DNA from: Eledone cirrhosa
Taxonomy: Eukaryota
Direction of reading: 5' to 3'
Assembly: GCA_964016885.1 (NCBI GenBank)
Contig: OZ024742.1
Coordinates: 247,070,001-247,134,000, forward strand
Length of the DNA stretch: 64,000 nt
A program made the translations under genes and the position numbers. The number at the start of each line of letters is the position of its first letter. Within the stretch, counting starts at the first letter, position 1. Positions 39,072 through 51,231 of the stretch are shown here, in pieces. The notes under the pieces are model-generated. The model was not told where the DNA came from and did not search any database. It saw nothing but the letters and a program-made list of their open reading frames with translations.

Positions 39072-42000
39072 ATGACCTCACTCAGAATAGGCAGCATAAA
39101 TGCGCGTGGCTTGGGGTCGTCATGGAAGCAGGGTCACCTGCTCAACGACCTCAGGTCACTAAACATAGATGTAGTGGCCATCAGCGAGACCAGAATCTCC
39201 GAAGCACGGGCCTTCGCACCGATCTTCGGCGGCTACGATGTGTACGCATCTCCCAGCCGTCCTGGATCGGGTGGAGGAGTTGCTGTGCTTTTTCGGAGAG
39301 GTTTGGATCTCGCCATACGGGCCATCTTCCTGGACCCAGAGGGTAAGCTGGTGGTGCTGGACGTGACCAGCGGAGACGGGCAAGCTTTCAGGCTAGTGGC
39401 CGTCTATGCCCCGACAGGAGCAGGGCGGCCTGATTTCTTCCGGCGTCTGGAGACCTTTCTTGGAACGTCGCGCTCTTTAGTGTTAGTGGGCGACTGGAAC
39501 GGGATCTTAGATGCACGCTGGGACTGTGTGGGATTAGCGGATAGGGGTGGAGGGTGCAAGAGCCTCACCAACCTGCTCAGGCGTTTTGAACTGTCTGACA
39601 GGTACCGATTGGATTTCCCGAATGTGCCAATGTGGACTTGGACAAACCGCATAGGGTCATCCAGATCATATCTAGATAGAGTATTTTGTAGGGAAATAGA
39701 TAGGTCTAGCATAGGCTGTCCACAATTCAAGATAGTCAGCTACACGGACCACAAATTCGTGATCTGTGTGCTTGACTTAGATAGGCTTCATAGACGAGGA
39801 CCCGGCTACTGGAAGCTAAACGCGTCCTTACCAGCGCGCAAGGCCTACAGAGACCGGATTAGCGAACTAGTTAAGCGGGCGTTGACGGGGGCCATCGTCA
39901 ACAACAAGTGGTGGTTTGCTCTGAAAAGAGCGATTAGAATAGAATCGATTAGGTTTAGTAAGGCTTTAGCAATAGAGAAAAATAGAGCAGAGGGAGAACT
40001 AGTTAGAAAATTAGACGAGGCGCTTAGCAAAGGCATTGCGACCGACGTGCTTGCGGCGAAATTGGCCCTTGACCAATTCTTCAATGCAAAGCACGAAGGC
40101 TGCGTTGTCAGAGCTAGGGTGCGTGCTCTCAGACACGAGGGGACGAAAGCCGTTCAATGGGCCCGAGTGGCGGAGGCGCGTCGTGGCAACAAAGCCACGA
40201 TCCGGTCTTTGGTGGACCACGACGGGCGCATGCTACTCGATCCCGGGCAAATGTGTGAAGCTTTTCAGCGACACTTCGCTCAGCTGTTCGGGGGCAGCGG
40301 GGGGCCGGGTAGAGGGATGGACTTTAGTGTCTACCTCGACGGACTGCCGCGGCTCTCGGCCACTGAGGCGAAGTGTTGCGAAAAGCCGATAACAGCCGCT
40401 GAAGTAAGGGAGGCAATGACTGGCTGCACAAGGGGTAAATCGCCTGGTTTGGATGGTCTGCCCTATGAACTTTACGTACAGATGCCAGACTTGTTCGGAG
40501 GCCTCTTGGCGGACGTCTACTGCAACTGGCAACAGAACGGGAGAATTCCCAGTTCTGTGAGCCGAGGAGCGGTGGCACTGCTGAGAAAGGATCCGAACAA
40601 GGGGGATAACATAGACAATTTCCGGCCCATAACTCTGCTAAACACAGAGTTTAAGATTTTGGCCAAGGTGCTAGCAAAGAGGTTGGCGCTTGTCGTTGGT
40701 GGTCTGGTGGGAGAGGCGCAGACATGCGCCATTCCCGACAGATCCATCCACGACAACCTCCACCTCATGCGATACATCGTAGAGAGGGTAGCTAGGGAAC
40801 CTGGCACGGGTGGGTCCTTGATCAATTTAGATCAGTCGAAAGCTTTCGATAGGGTCGACCATCGTTACCTAGCGGCAGTCCTGAGGGCGGCTGGCTTTGG
40901 GCCCGTCTTCAGAGGCTGGATCGCTGCCATGCACAGCGACATCTGCTCTGTGGTGAGAGTGAACGGTCACCTGTCGGAACCGTTCAACATCATGCGCTCG
41001 GTCCGCCAAGGATGTCCCCTCTCGTCCCTCTTGTACGTATTGACGCTCGAGCCATTACTGCACAAACTGGAGACGTTGAGGGGAGTCCCGCGCGAACTAG
41101 GATGCGGAAGATCCGTGTCAGCATATGCGGACGATGTCACCGTAGTGGTGTCGAACGCCAAACACATCGAGGCGATCGGCACTACACTAAGAGAATACGA
41201 AGCGGTGACAGGAGCAATGATCAACCAGGAAAAGTCAGTGGGCCTGCAGCTCGGCACCTGGAGAGGCAGGTCCATGCCGTCCAACAGCGTCGTCGGGCGC
41301 TGGACGGACGGACCGGTTAAATTGCTAGGGGTCTGGTTCGGTCCGGACCTCCAGACGGACAAAAACTGGGACGAGGTGACGAGCAGGGTGGCTTCTCTCA
41401 CCCAGAAATGGGCGGAGAGGAAGCTATCCCTGAAAGGTCGAGCGGAGGTGGCTAACGCGTACATCGCGTCTGTCATCTGCTACCGCCTAACCGTCGTACC
41501 TTGTCCTAAGCCTCGCCTGACTGCGCTGGAGCGTTTGCTCTTTCGCTTTTTGTGGAAGGGACGTGCTCCGATGGTCAGGCGGTCCATCTGTTGTCAACAC
41601 CCGCTACGTGGAGGGCTGGGCATGCCGTGGCTGATGATGCGCAGGCACGCGCTCAGGCTACGACATCTCCACCTCTTCCTCGACGGTGATCAGGTGTGGT
41701 CGCCGTTTGCTAGACGCGTTTTTCCCCAGCTCGTTTCCTTGACGGAGCTGCAGTCCTGGGTCAAGCGAAGACCGAGAGGGAGCGCCTGGAGACTGGAATG
41801 TCTTCAGGCGCTCACAGCCCTCGACCAATCGGGCAATGTGATCGGTGGAAACTCCACCTCGGCGTTCTATAGAGGATTAGTGGAGGGGAAGAGCGACGAC
41901 GTACTTGGGGAAACTCTAGGCGTCGACGAAAATCAACTAGCCAATCTCTTCGGAAGAACCTTCGGGCCAGGGCCTATGGACAACTTCCAGAAATCTCTGG

Positions 42001-42491
42001 CCTGGCAGTGCTACCGAGGAGCCTTGCCAGTTCGGGATAAACTCTACAGGCATGGAGGTGCCGTCAGCCGGGCATGTCCGAGATGCGCGCAGGGCGACGA
42101 AACCGTCCTGCACGCACTCGTCCAGTGTCCGAAAATTGCTGACTTGTGGGTTTATGTCGAACACCTGCTGTCGCGTTTAGGACGGATCCAGCTATCATCT
42201 GAGTCTATCGTGAGGATTGCCCCGCCCTCCTCCTTTAGCCGGGAAGGGCAGGCAGTTTTTATCTGTCTGGTGGCCATGGCGAAAGAGATAGTATGGTGGA
42301 CACGTTTGAAAGGGCTGAAGACGAGCACTTACCTCTTCGGTGATGCTCTGATTGACTTTTTCAAATTTCATTTGAAAAGGAAAATCAGAGTAGAGAAGGA
42401 AGTGCTCTCTTCCCAGCATTTTGTTGAAAGATGGGTGAGAGAAGCAAGAATGGCCCGAGTGAATGGGCCGACTCTGAGTATATATCTGTAA
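39072..42491 (+). CDS. Tx1 ORF2 (APE-RT-CCHC), copy 3
   Basis: 1139 aa, motifs intact. Confidence 0.97.
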   Translation: MTSLRIGSINARGLGSSWKQGHLLNDLRSLNIDVVAISETRISEARAFAPIFGGYDVYASPSRPGSGGGVAVLFRRGLDLAIRAIFLDPEGKLVVLDVTSGDGQAFRLVAVYAPTGAGRPDFFRRLETFLGTSRSLVLVGDWNGILDARWDCVGLADRGGGCKSLTNLLRRFELSDRYRLDFPNVPMWTWTNRIGSSRSYLDRVFCREIDRSSIGCPQFKIVSYTDHKFVICVLDLDRLHRRGPGYWKLNASLPARKAYRDRISELVKRALTGAIVNNKWWFALKRAIRIESIRFSKALAIEKNRAEGELVRKLDEALSKGIATDVLAAKLALDQFFNAKHEGCVVRARVRALRHEGTKAVQWARVAEARRGNKATIRSLVDHDGRMLLDPGQMCEAFQRHFAQLFGGSGGPGRGMDFSVYLDGLPRLSATEAKCCEKPITAAEVREAMTGCTRGKSPGLDGLPYELYVQMPDLFGGLLADVYCNWQQNGRIPSSVSRGAVALLRKDPNKGDNIDNFRPITLLNTEFKILAKVLAKRLALVVGGLVGEAQTCAIPDRSIHDNLHLMRYIVERVAREPGTGGSLINLDQSKAFDRVDHRYLAAVLRAAGFGPVFRGWIAAMHSDICSVVRVNGHLSEPFNIMRSVRQGCPLSSLLYVLTLEPLLHKLETLRGVPRELGCGRSVSAYADDVTVVVSNAKHIEAIGTTLREYEAVTGAMINQEKSVGLQLGTWRGRSMPSNSVVGRWTDGPVKLLGVWFGPDLQTDKNWDEVTSRVASLTQKWAERKLSLKGRAEVANAYIASVICYRLTVVPCPKPRLTALERLLFRFLWKGRAPMVRRSICCQHPLRGGLGMPWLMMRRHALRLRHLHLFLDGDQVWSPFARRVFPQLVSLTELQSWVKRRPRGSAWRLECLQALTALDQSGNVIGGNSTSAFYRGLVEGKSDDVLGETLGVDENQLANLFGRTFGPGPMDNFQKSLAWQCYRGALPVRDKLYRHGGAVSRACPRCAQGDETVLHALVQCPKIADLWVYVEHLLSRLGRIQLSSESIVRIAPPSSFSREGQAVFICLVAMAKEIVWWTRLKGLKTSTYLFGDALIDFFKFHLKRKIRVEKEVLSSQHFVERWVREARMARVNGPTLSIYL

Positions 42492-42752
42492 ACTAAAGGT
42501 GGAAAACTGGGAGAGGGCACTTGCCTTGGTGGTCAGGGTCATTGTGGCTTTTTACTGGGCTTTCTCCACAAATGTTCCTCCGAAGTCTCCCCCCTATTGG
42601 GGAATTTTTCATTGTTATTTTCATTGTTATTTTTGTTACATCCTCTATTTTTGTTTTTTTTACACGCAGAAATGCCCATTTGTACCGTCCTGCATTGTCC
42701 TGCACTGTCCTTAATGTCTACTTTATGTAAACCCTTGTGGTTAATAAAGAAA

Positions 42753-42805
<53 letters not shown>

Positions 42806-43018
42806 GAATGCCATGGTTGACGGAGGCTCGGCTCTGTAAGGTATAGTAATTTTTAACCGTTAAAACAATTGTAAATTGTTTAAAACTTGAACCAAATTGT
42901 TGATAAAGACACCCTCCTCCTCGTGAGAGGGGTCTTTCTGTCCGTTATTTGGCCCTTCGGGGTTAAATAGCCAGTTATTGGGGTTTTGTACCCAAAATTT
43001 CATTTTAAACAAAAAAAC

Positions 43019-45115
43019 ATGGCTACCAAAAAGAAATTTCATACGTCACTCCCACTCATTCCGTCTTCTTCTTCCTCAATCATCACTACAGGAGAGAGAA
43101 GATTGTCTCTCTCCCTCCCTTCTTTAAATGTGTCTCTCTCCCTCCCTTCTCTTTCGCAAGCGACGAAAGAAAAGAAAAGTCTCGTGCAAAGCGTGCAAGG
43201 TTTCTCCACGACGACGACGACAGCGACGAAACAGGTGTGCGGGAAATACGAAAACCCAGTTCATTCGTCTGACGTCAGGAATAATAGCACTAGCAGCCGT
43301 AATAACAACAGCAACAGTGACAATGAAAACAACAGTAGCAGCCGCAACAGCATCACCAGCAGCATAAACAACAACAGCATTAGCAGCAGCAACACCAACA
43401 ACAACCACAGCAACAGCGGCGGAAGCAGTAGTCGTAGTACCTGCAGCAACAACAAAAGTACCAGCAGCTCTGACGACAACAACAACAGCAGAGAAAAACC
43501 AATCTCATTTGCAGGTATTGCGAAAAATTTGGAAACAATCCTCATAACAAATGAGGAATTAGAGGAAGCGAAGAAGATGGTGACAAAGAACGGACACCGA
43601 GCAATCTGCAAGGCAGCGAAAAATTTTTTCGAAACCCAAGAGCACTGTACGGTCACGTACCGTACAGTAAGTACAAAATCCCGTAGGGTGGAAAGAGCCA
43701 CAGAGGCCCAAATACAAAAAGCCTTGGGGTCTGTGTGGCAGCGGAAAACGCACATCACCCGAGGCAAAAAATATGCCACCGTAGACGTACTTTTTGCCAC
43801 ACCCCAGGAGGCAAAGGCCCAATCAGTAGTGACCCTAAGGAGCGAGGAAATGGTGTTGGTGCCCTCCTACTGTGGGCAAAAAATTGTGAGGGTCAAACTG
43901 ACCCACGTCCCCCCCGGAATGACCCCTTCTTGGCTGGCCGCGTCTGTCCTCGTCGGAATCGAGGACAAAACAACTGTACTGCAAGTACAGAAAAAAGTAA
44001 GAGAAGATTGGGTCGGCTCCTCCATTGAGATGCTAATCCAAACCAACCAGGAGTGCATCGAAGCTATCCCGGATGTGATAGACTTCGATAACGGCACTCA
44101 ACTGCCCATAAGTGTTGAGGGCAAACGCCCGAAATGCTTTCGCTGTGGATCGAAGACTCACCTCAGGGCCTTCTGCAACGAGAAGACCCTGAGAAAGGAG
44201 AAAACCCCCCTCCTTCCGAATCCGGCTCCACGGCTACCAGCAACAGGACAAGCGGCAACCAGGAACGATAGGCCCGTGGCACCCATACCCACTCCACGGA
44301 AATCAAAAACAGCAGCAGCAGTGGAAATACTAACAACAACAACAGCAATACCAAATGCAGCTGCAACAGAGACTCCAGTGCAAACATCACCAACAACAAC
44401 AAGTGAAAGAGTGGAGTTGGTACCCCTCCCCGACCTCACAGAATCAGACATGGAGTGTGAGGTGGGAGAGAGATGGCAAAAGGTCGTAAGAAGGCACAAA
44501 CGCAGAAGCAGCGCATCGTCGCCTTTGAAAAGTGAGGAAAGAAATGAGAAAAGGGTAAAGTCTACTGCAAAGAGACCCACAGCAGCAACAACACCAACAC
44601 CATCACCACCCACACTAGCGCCACCATCACCACCGGCGACAACCCCACCGCCAACAACACCTTCAACACCACCACCACAAGCACCAACATCGCAAACACA
44701 ACAACAAAACACACACACCCAGCAACAACGACAAGAAAATAGCAGAACCACACCCCACCCCCAGAAAAACAAATGCACGGCAATAAACACACACAACAAG
44801 AAACTAATGACTTACATAATTGAACACACAGACATTTCACAACAGGACTACATAATACCAGCACCAATCAAAACGCCAACTAACATAAGACTGCTAAAAA
44901 TAGCACAGAAACAATACACAAACATTAAAACGAAATTCCCCAACGCAGTTGGTGATTTGAGGGACCTAGGAGGAACCATTAATCGAAGAGTATATTCAGA
45001 CATTCTCTTAGAAGAGCCGACGACCAGCCGAAGGGACGATTCAACGGTCCCTTCACCAGACGATCAAGTGAAAAGGGATGTAAAAACCATCCCTCCTCTA
45101 CCAAAAATACGGTAA
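43019..45115 (+). CDS. Tx1 ORF1, copy 4
   Basis: ATG at 43019, open frame; private substitution GDLR vs GDFR. Confidence 0.9.
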   Translation: MATKKKFHTSLPLIPSSSSSIITTGERRLSLSLPSLNVSLSLPSLSQATKEKKSLVQSVQGFSTTTTTATKQVCGKYENPVHSSDVRNNSTSSRNNNSNSDNENNSSSRNSITSSINNNSISSSNTNNNHSNSGGSSSRSTCSNNKSTSSSDDNNNSREKPISFAGIAKNLETILITNEELEEAKKMVTKNGHRAICKAAKNFFETQEHCTVTYRTVSTKSRRVERATEAQIQKALGSVWQRKTHITRGKKYATVDVLFATPQEAKAQSVVTLRSEEMVLVPSYCGQKIVRVKLTHVPPGMTPSWLAASVLVGIEDKTTVLQVQKKVREDWVGSSIEMLIQTNQECIEAIPDVIDFDNGTQLPISVEGKRPKCFRCGSKTHLRAFCNEKTLRKEKTPLLPNPAPRLPATGQAATRNDRPVAPIPTPRKSKTAAAVEILTTTTAIPNAAATETPVQTSPTTTSERVELVPLPDLTESDMECEVGERWQKVVRRHKRRSSASSPLKSEERNEKRVKSTAKRPTAATTPTPSPPTLAPPSPPATTPPPTTPSTPPPQAPTSQTQQQNTHTQQQRQENSRTTPHPQKNKCTAINTHNKKLMTYIIEHTDISQQDYIIPAPIKTPTNIRLLKIAQKQYTNIKTKFPNAVGDLRDLGGTINRRVYSDILLEEPTTSRRDDSTVPSPDDQVKRDVKTIPPLPKIR

Positions 45116-45150
45116 GTGGTCTTTCCCATCTTTTCCACTCTATTTTAAAC

Positions 45151-48100
45151 ATGACCTCACTCAGAATAGGCAGCATAAATGCGCGTGGCTTGGGGTCGTC
45201 ATGGAAGCAGGGTCACCTGCTCAACGACCTCAGGTCACTAAACATAGATGTAGTGGCCATCAGCGAGACCAGAATCTCCGAAGCACGGGCCTTCGCACCG
45301 ATCTTCGGCGGCTACGATGTGTACGCATCTCCCAGCCGTCCTGGATCGGGTGGAGGAGTTGCTGTGCTTTTTCGGAGAGGTTTGGATCTCGCCATACGGG
45401 CCATCTTCCTGGACCCAGAGGGTAAGCTGGTGGTGCTGGACGTGACCAGCGGAGACGGGCAAGCTTTCAGGCTAGTGGCCGTCTATGCCCCGACAGGAGC
45501 AGGGCGGCCTGATTTCTTCCGGCGTCTGGAGACCTTTCTTGGAACGTCGCGCTCTTTAGTGTTAGTGGGCGACTGGAACGGGATCTTAGATGCACGCTGG
45601 GACTGTGTGGGATTAGCGGATAGGGGTGGAGGGTGCAAGAGCCTCACCAACCTGCTCAGGCGTTTTGAACTGTCTGACAGGTACCGATTGGATTTCCCGA
45701 ATGTGCCAATGTGGACTTGGACAAACCGCATAGGGTCATCCAGATCATATCTAGATAGAGTATTTTGTAGGGAAATAGATAGGTCTAGCATAGGCTGTCC
45801 ACAATTCAAGATAGTCAGCTACACGGACCACAAATTCGTGATCTGTGTGCTTGACTTAGATAGGCTTCATAGACGAGGACCCGGCTACTGGAAGCTAAAC
45901 GCGTCCTTACCAGCGCGCAAGGCCTACAGAGACCGGATTAGCGAACTAGTTAAGCGGGCGTTGACGGGGGCCATCGTCAACAACAAGTGGTGGTTTGCTC
46001 TGAAAAGAGCGATTAGAATAGAATCGATTAGGTTTAGTAAGGCTTTAGCAATAGAGAAAAATAGAGCAGAGGGAGAACTAGTTAGAAAATTAGACGAGGC
46101 GCTTAGCAAAGGCATTGCGACCGACGTGCTTGCGGCGAAATTGGCCCTTGACCAATTCTTCAATGCAAAGCACGAAGGCTGCGTTGTCAGAGCTAGGGTG
46201 CGTGCTCTCAGACACGAGGGGACGAAAGCCGTTCAATGGGCCCGAGTGGCGGAGGCGCGTCGTGGCAACAAAGCCACGATCCGGTCTTTGGTGGACCACG
46301 ACGGGCGCATGCTACTCGATCCCGGGCAAATGTGTGAAGCTTTTCAGCGACACTTCGCTCAGCTGTTCGGGGGCAGCGGGGGGCCGGGTAGAGGGATGGA
46401 CTTTAGTGTCTACCTCGACGGACTGCCGCGGCTCTCGGCCACTGAGGCGAAGTGTTGCGAAAAGCCGATAACAGCCGCTGAAGTAAGGGAGGCAATGACT
46501 GGCTGCACAAGGGGTAAATCGCCTGGTTTGGATGGTCTGCCCTATGAACTTTACGTACAGATGCCAGACTTGTTCGGAGGCCTCTTGGCGGACGTCTACT
46601 GCAACTGGCAACAGAACGGGAGAATTCCCAGTTCTGTGAGCCGAGGAGCGGTGGCACTGCTGAGAAAGGATCCGAACAAGGGGGATAACATAGACAATTT
46701 CCGGCCCATAACTCTGCTAAACACAGAGTTTAAGATTTTGGCCAAGGTGCTAGCAAAGAGGTTGGCGCTTGTCGTTGGTGGTCTGGTGGGAGAGGCGCAG
46801 ACATGCGCCATTCCCGACAGATCCATCCACGACAACCTCCACCTCATGCGATACATCGTAGAGAGGGTAGCTAGGGAACCTGGCACGGGTGGGTCCTTGA
46901 TCAATTTAGATCAGTCGAAAGCTTTCGATAGGGTCGACCATCGTTACCTAGCGGCAGTCCTGAGGGCGGCTGGCTTTGGGCCCGTCTTCAGAGGCTGGAT
47001 CGCTGCCATGCACAGCGACATCTGCTCTGTGGTGAGAGTGAACGGTCACCTGTCGGAACCGTTCAACATCATGCGCTCGGTCCGCCAAGGATGTCCCCTC
47101 TCGTCCCTCTTGTACGTATTGACGCTCGAGCCATTACTGCACAAACTGGAGACGTTGAGGGGAGTCCCGCGCGAACTAGGATGCGGAAGATCCGTGTCAG
47201 CATATGCGGACGATGTCACCGTAGTGGTGTCGAACGCCAAACACATCGAGGCGATCGGCACTACACTAAGAGAATACGAAGCGGTGACAGGAGCAATGAT
47301 CAACCAGGAAAAGTCAGTGGGCCTGCAGCTCGGCACCTGGAGAGGCAGGTCCATGCCGTCCAACAGCGTCGTCGGGCGCTGGACGGACGGACCGGTTAAA
47401 TTGCTAGGGGTCTGGTTCGGTCCGGACCTCCAGACGGACAAAAACTGGGACGAGGTGACGAGCAGGGTGGCTTCTCTCACCCAGAAATGGGCGGAGAGGA
47501 AGCTATCCCTGAAAGGTCGAGCGGAGGTGGCTAACGCGTACATCGCGTCTGTCATCTGCTACCGCCTAACCGTCGTACCTTGTCCTAAGCCTCGCCTGAC
47601 TGCGCTGGAGCGTTTGCTCTTTCGCTTTTTGTGGAAGGGACGTGCTCCGATGGTCAGGCGGTCCATCTGTTGTCAACACCCGCTACGTGGAGGGCTGGGC
47701 ATGCCGTGGCTGATGATGCGCAGGCACGCGCTCAGGCTACGACATCTCCACCTCTTCCTCGACGGTGATCAGGTGTGGTCGCCGTTTGCTAGACGCGTTT
47801 TTCCCCAGCTCGTTTCCTTGACGGAGCTGCAGTCCTGGGTCAAGCGAAGACCGAGAGGGAGCGCCTGGAGACTGGAATGTCTTCAGGCGCTCACAGCCCT
47901 CGACCAATCGGGCAATGTGATCGGTGGAAACTCCACCTCGGCGTTCTATAGAGGATTAGTGGAGGGGAAGAGCGACGACGTACTTGGGGAAACTCTAGGC
48001 GTCGACGAAAATCAACTAGCCAATCTCTTCGGAAGAACTTTCGGGCCAGGGCCTATGGACAACTTCCAGAAATCTCTGGCCTGGCAGTGCTACCGAGGAG

Positions 48101-48570
48101 CCTTGCCAGTTCGGGATAAACTCTACAGGCATGGAGGTGCCGTCAGCCGGGCATGTCCGAGATGCGCGCAGGGCGACGAAACCGTCCTGCACGCACTCGT
48201 CCAGTGTCCGAAAATTGCTGACTTGTGGGTTTATGTCGAACACCTGCTGTCGCGTTTAGGACGGATCCAGCTATCATCTGAGTCTATCGTGAGGATTGCC
48301 CCGCCCTCCTCCTTTAGCCGGGAAGGGCAGGCAGTTTTTATCTGTCTGGTGGCCATGGCGAAAGAGATAGTATGGTGGACACGTTTGAAAGGGCTGAAGA
48401 CGAGCACTTACCTCTTCGGTGATGCTCTGATTGACTTTTTCAAATTTCATTTGAAAAGGAAAATCAGAGTAGAGAAGGAAGTGCTCTCTTCCCAGCATTT
48501 TGTTGAAAGATGGGTGAGAGAAGCAAGAATGGCCCGAGTGAATGGGCCGACTCTGAGTATATATCTGTAA
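45151..48570 (+). CDS. Tx1 ORF2 (APE-RT-CCHC), copy 4
   Basis: 1139 aa, motifs intact. Confidence 0.97.
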   Translation: MTSLRIGSINARGLGSSWKQGHLLNDLRSLNIDVVAISETRISEARAFAPIFGGYDVYASPSRPGSGGGVAVLFRRGLDLAIRAIFLDPEGKLVVLDVTSGDGQAFRLVAVYAPTGAGRPDFFRRLETFLGTSRSLVLVGDWNGILDARWDCVGLADRGGGCKSLTNLLRRFELSDRYRLDFPNVPMWTWTNRIGSSRSYLDRVFCREIDRSSIGCPQFKIVSYTDHKFVICVLDLDRLHRRGPGYWKLNASLPARKAYRDRISELVKRALTGAIVNNKWWFALKRAIRIESIRFSKALAIEKNRAEGELVRKLDEALSKGIATDVLAAKLALDQFFNAKHEGCVVRARVRALRHEGTKAVQWARVAEARRGNKATIRSLVDHDGRMLLDPGQMCEAFQRHFAQLFGGSGGPGRGMDFSVYLDGLPRLSATEAKCCEKPITAAEVREAMTGCTRGKSPGLDGLPYELYVQMPDLFGGLLADVYCNWQQNGRIPSSVSRGAVALLRKDPNKGDNIDNFRPITLLNTEFKILAKVLAKRLALVVGGLVGEAQTCAIPDRSIHDNLHLMRYIVERVAREPGTGGSLINLDQSKAFDRVDHRYLAAVLRAAGFGPVFRGWIAAMHSDICSVVRVNGHLSEPFNIMRSVRQGCPLSSLLYVLTLEPLLHKLETLRGVPRELGCGRSVSAYADDVTVVVSNAKHIEAIGTTLREYEAVTGAMINQEKSVGLQLGTWRGRSMPSNSVVGRWTDGPVKLLGVWFGPDLQTDKNWDEVTSRVASLTQKWAERKLSLKGRAEVANAYIASVICYRLTVVPCPKPRLTALERLLFRFLWKGRAPMVRRSICCQHPLRGGLGMPWLMMRRHALRLRHLHLFLDGDQVWSPFARRVFPQLVSLTELQSWVKRRPRGSAWRLECLQALTALDQSGNVIGGNSTSAFYRGLVEGKSDDVLGETLGVDENQLANLFGRTFGPGPMDNFQKSLAWQCYRGALPVRDKLYRHGGAVSRACPRCAQGDETVLHALVQCPKIADLWVYVEHLLSRLGRIQLSSESIVRIAPPSSFSREGQAVFICLVAMAKEIVWWTRLKGLKTSTYLFGDALIDFFKFHLKRKIRVEKEVLSSQHFVERWVREARMARVNGPTLSIYL

Positions 48571-48831
48571 ACTAAAGGTGGAAAACTGGGAGAGGGCACT
48601 TGCCTTGGTGGTCAGGGTCTTTGTGGCTTTTTACTGGGCTTTCTCCACAAATGTCCCTCCGAAGTCTCCCCCCTATTGGGGAATTTTTTCATTGTTATTT
48701 TCATTGTTATTTTTGTTACATCCTCTGTTTTTGTTTTTTTACACGCAGAAATGCCCATTTGTACCGTCCTGCATTGTCCTGCACTGTCCTTAATGTCTAC
48801 TTTATGTAAACCCTTGTGGTTAATAAAGAAA

Positions 48832-48884
<53 letters not shown>

Positions 48885-49097
48885 GAATGCCATGGTTGAC
48901 GGAGGCTCGGCTCTGTAAGGTATAGTAATTTTTAACCGTTAAAACAATTGTAAATTGTTTAAAACTTGAACCAAATTGTTGATAAAGACACCCTCCTCCT
49001 CGTGAGAGGGGTCTTTCTGTCCGTTATTTGGCCCTTCGGGGTTAAATAGCCAGTTATTGGGGTTTTGTACCCAAAATTTCATTTTAAACAAAAAAAC

Positions 49098-51196
49098 ATG
49101 GCTACCAAAAAGAAATTTCATACGTCACTCCCACTCATTCCGTCTTCTTCTTCCTCAATCATCACTACAGGAGAGAGAAGATTGTCTCTCTCCCTCCCTT
49201 CTTTAAATGTGTCTCTCTCCCTCCCTTCTCTTTCGCAAGCGACGAAAGAAAAGAAAAGTCTCGTGCAAAGCGTGCAAGGTTTCTCCACGACGACGACGAC
49301 AGCGACGAAACAGGTGTGCGGGAAATACGAAAACCCAGTTCATTCGTCTGACGTCAGGAATAATAGCACTAGCAGCCGTAATAACAACAGCAACAGTGAC
49401 AATGAAAACAACAGTAGCAGCCGCAACAGCATCACCAGCAGCATAAACAACAACAGCATTAGCAGCAGCAACACCAACAACAACCACAGCAACAGCGGCG
49501 GAAGCAGTAGTCGTAGTACCTGCAGCAACAACAAAAGTACCAGCAGCTCTGACGACAACAACAACAGCAGAGAAAAACCAATCTCATTTGCAGGTATTGC
49601 GAAAAATTTGGAAACAATCCTCATAACAAATGAGGAATTAGAGGAAGCGAAGAAGATGGTGACAAAGAACGGACACCGAGCAATCTGCAAGGCAGCGAAA
49701 AATTTTTTCGAAACCCAAGAGCACTGTACGGTCACGTACCGTACAGTAAGTACAAAATCCCGTAGGGTGGAAAGAGCCACAGAGGCCCAAATACAAAAAG
49801 CCTTGGGGTCTGTGTGGCAGCGGAAAACGCACATCACCCGAGGCAAAAAATATGCCACCGTAGACGTACTTTTTGCCACACCCCAGGAGGCAAAGGCCCA
49901 ATCAGTAGTGACCCTAAGGAGCGAGGAAATGGTGTTGGTGCCCTCCTACTGTGGGCAAAAAATTGTGAGGGTCAAACTGACCCACGTCCCCCCCCCGGAA
50001 TGACCCCTTCTTGGCTGGCCGCGTCTGTCCTCGTCGGAATCGAGGACAAAACAACTGTACTGCAAGTACAGAAAAAAGTAAGAGAAGATTGGGTCGGCTC
50101 CTCCATTGAGATGCTAATCCAAACCAACCAGGAGTGCATCGAAGCTATCCCGGATGTGATAGACTTCGATAACGGCACTCAACTGCCCATAAGTGTTGAG
50201 GGCAAACGCCCGAAATGCTTTCGCTGTGGATCGAAGACTCACCTCAGGGCCTTCTGCAACGAGAAGACCCTGAGAAAGGAGAAAACCCCCCTCCTTCCGA
50301 ATCCGGCTCCACGGCTACCAGCAACAGGACAAGCGGCAACCAGGAACGATAGGCCCGTGGCACCCATACCCACTCCACGGAAATCAAAAACAGCAGCAGC
50401 AGTGGAAATACTAACAACAACAACAGCAATACCAAATGCAGCTGCAACAGAGACTCCAGTGCAAACATCACCAACAACAACAAGTGAAAGAGTGGAGTTG
50501 GTACCCCTCCCCGACCTCACAGAATCAGACATGGAGTGTGAGGTGGGAGAGAGATGGCAAAAGGTCGTAAGAAGGCACAAACGCAGAAGCAGCGCATCGT
50601 CGCCTTTGAAAAGTGAGGAAAGAAATGAGAAAAGGGTAAAGTCTACTGCAAAGAGACCCACAGCAGCAACAACACCAACACCATCACCACCCACACTAGC
50701 GCCACCATCACCACCGGCGACAACCCCACCGCCAACAACACCTTCAACACCACCACCACAAGCACCAACATCGCAAACACAACAACAAAACACACACACC
50801 CAGCAACAACGACAAGAAAATAGCAGAACCACACCCCACCCCCAGAAAAACAAATGCACGGCAATAAACACACACAACAAGAAACTAATGACTTACATAA
50901 TTGAACACACAGACATTTCACAACAGGACTACATAATACCAGCACCAATCAAAACGCCAACTAACATAAGACTGCTAAAAATAGCACAGAAACAATACAC
51001 AAACATTAAAACGAAATTCCCCAACGCAGTTGGTGATTTCAGGGACCTAGGAGGAACCATTAATCGAAGAGTATATTCAGACATTCTCTTAGAAGAGCCG
51101 ACGACCAGCCGAAGGGACGATTCAACGGTCCCTTCACCAGACGATCAAGTGAAAAGGGATGTAAAAACCATCCCTCCTCTACCAAAAATACGGTAA
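49098..51196 (+). pseudogene. Tx1 ORF1, copy 5, frameshifted at a C homopolymer
   Basis: C9 at 49988-49996 versus C7 in the other copies; could be a sequencing homopolymer error. Confidence 0.7.
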
Positions 51197-51231
51197 GTGG
51201 TCTTTCCCATCTTTTCCACTCTATTTTAAAC

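Larger units (their letters stand above)
36727..42754 (+). mobile_element. Full-length Tx1-clade LINE, copy 3
   Basis: Near-identical unit; both ORFs open. Confidence 0.95.
42806..48833 (+). mobile_element. Full-length Tx1-clade LINE, copy 4
   Basis: Near-identical unit; both ORFs open. Confidence 0.95.
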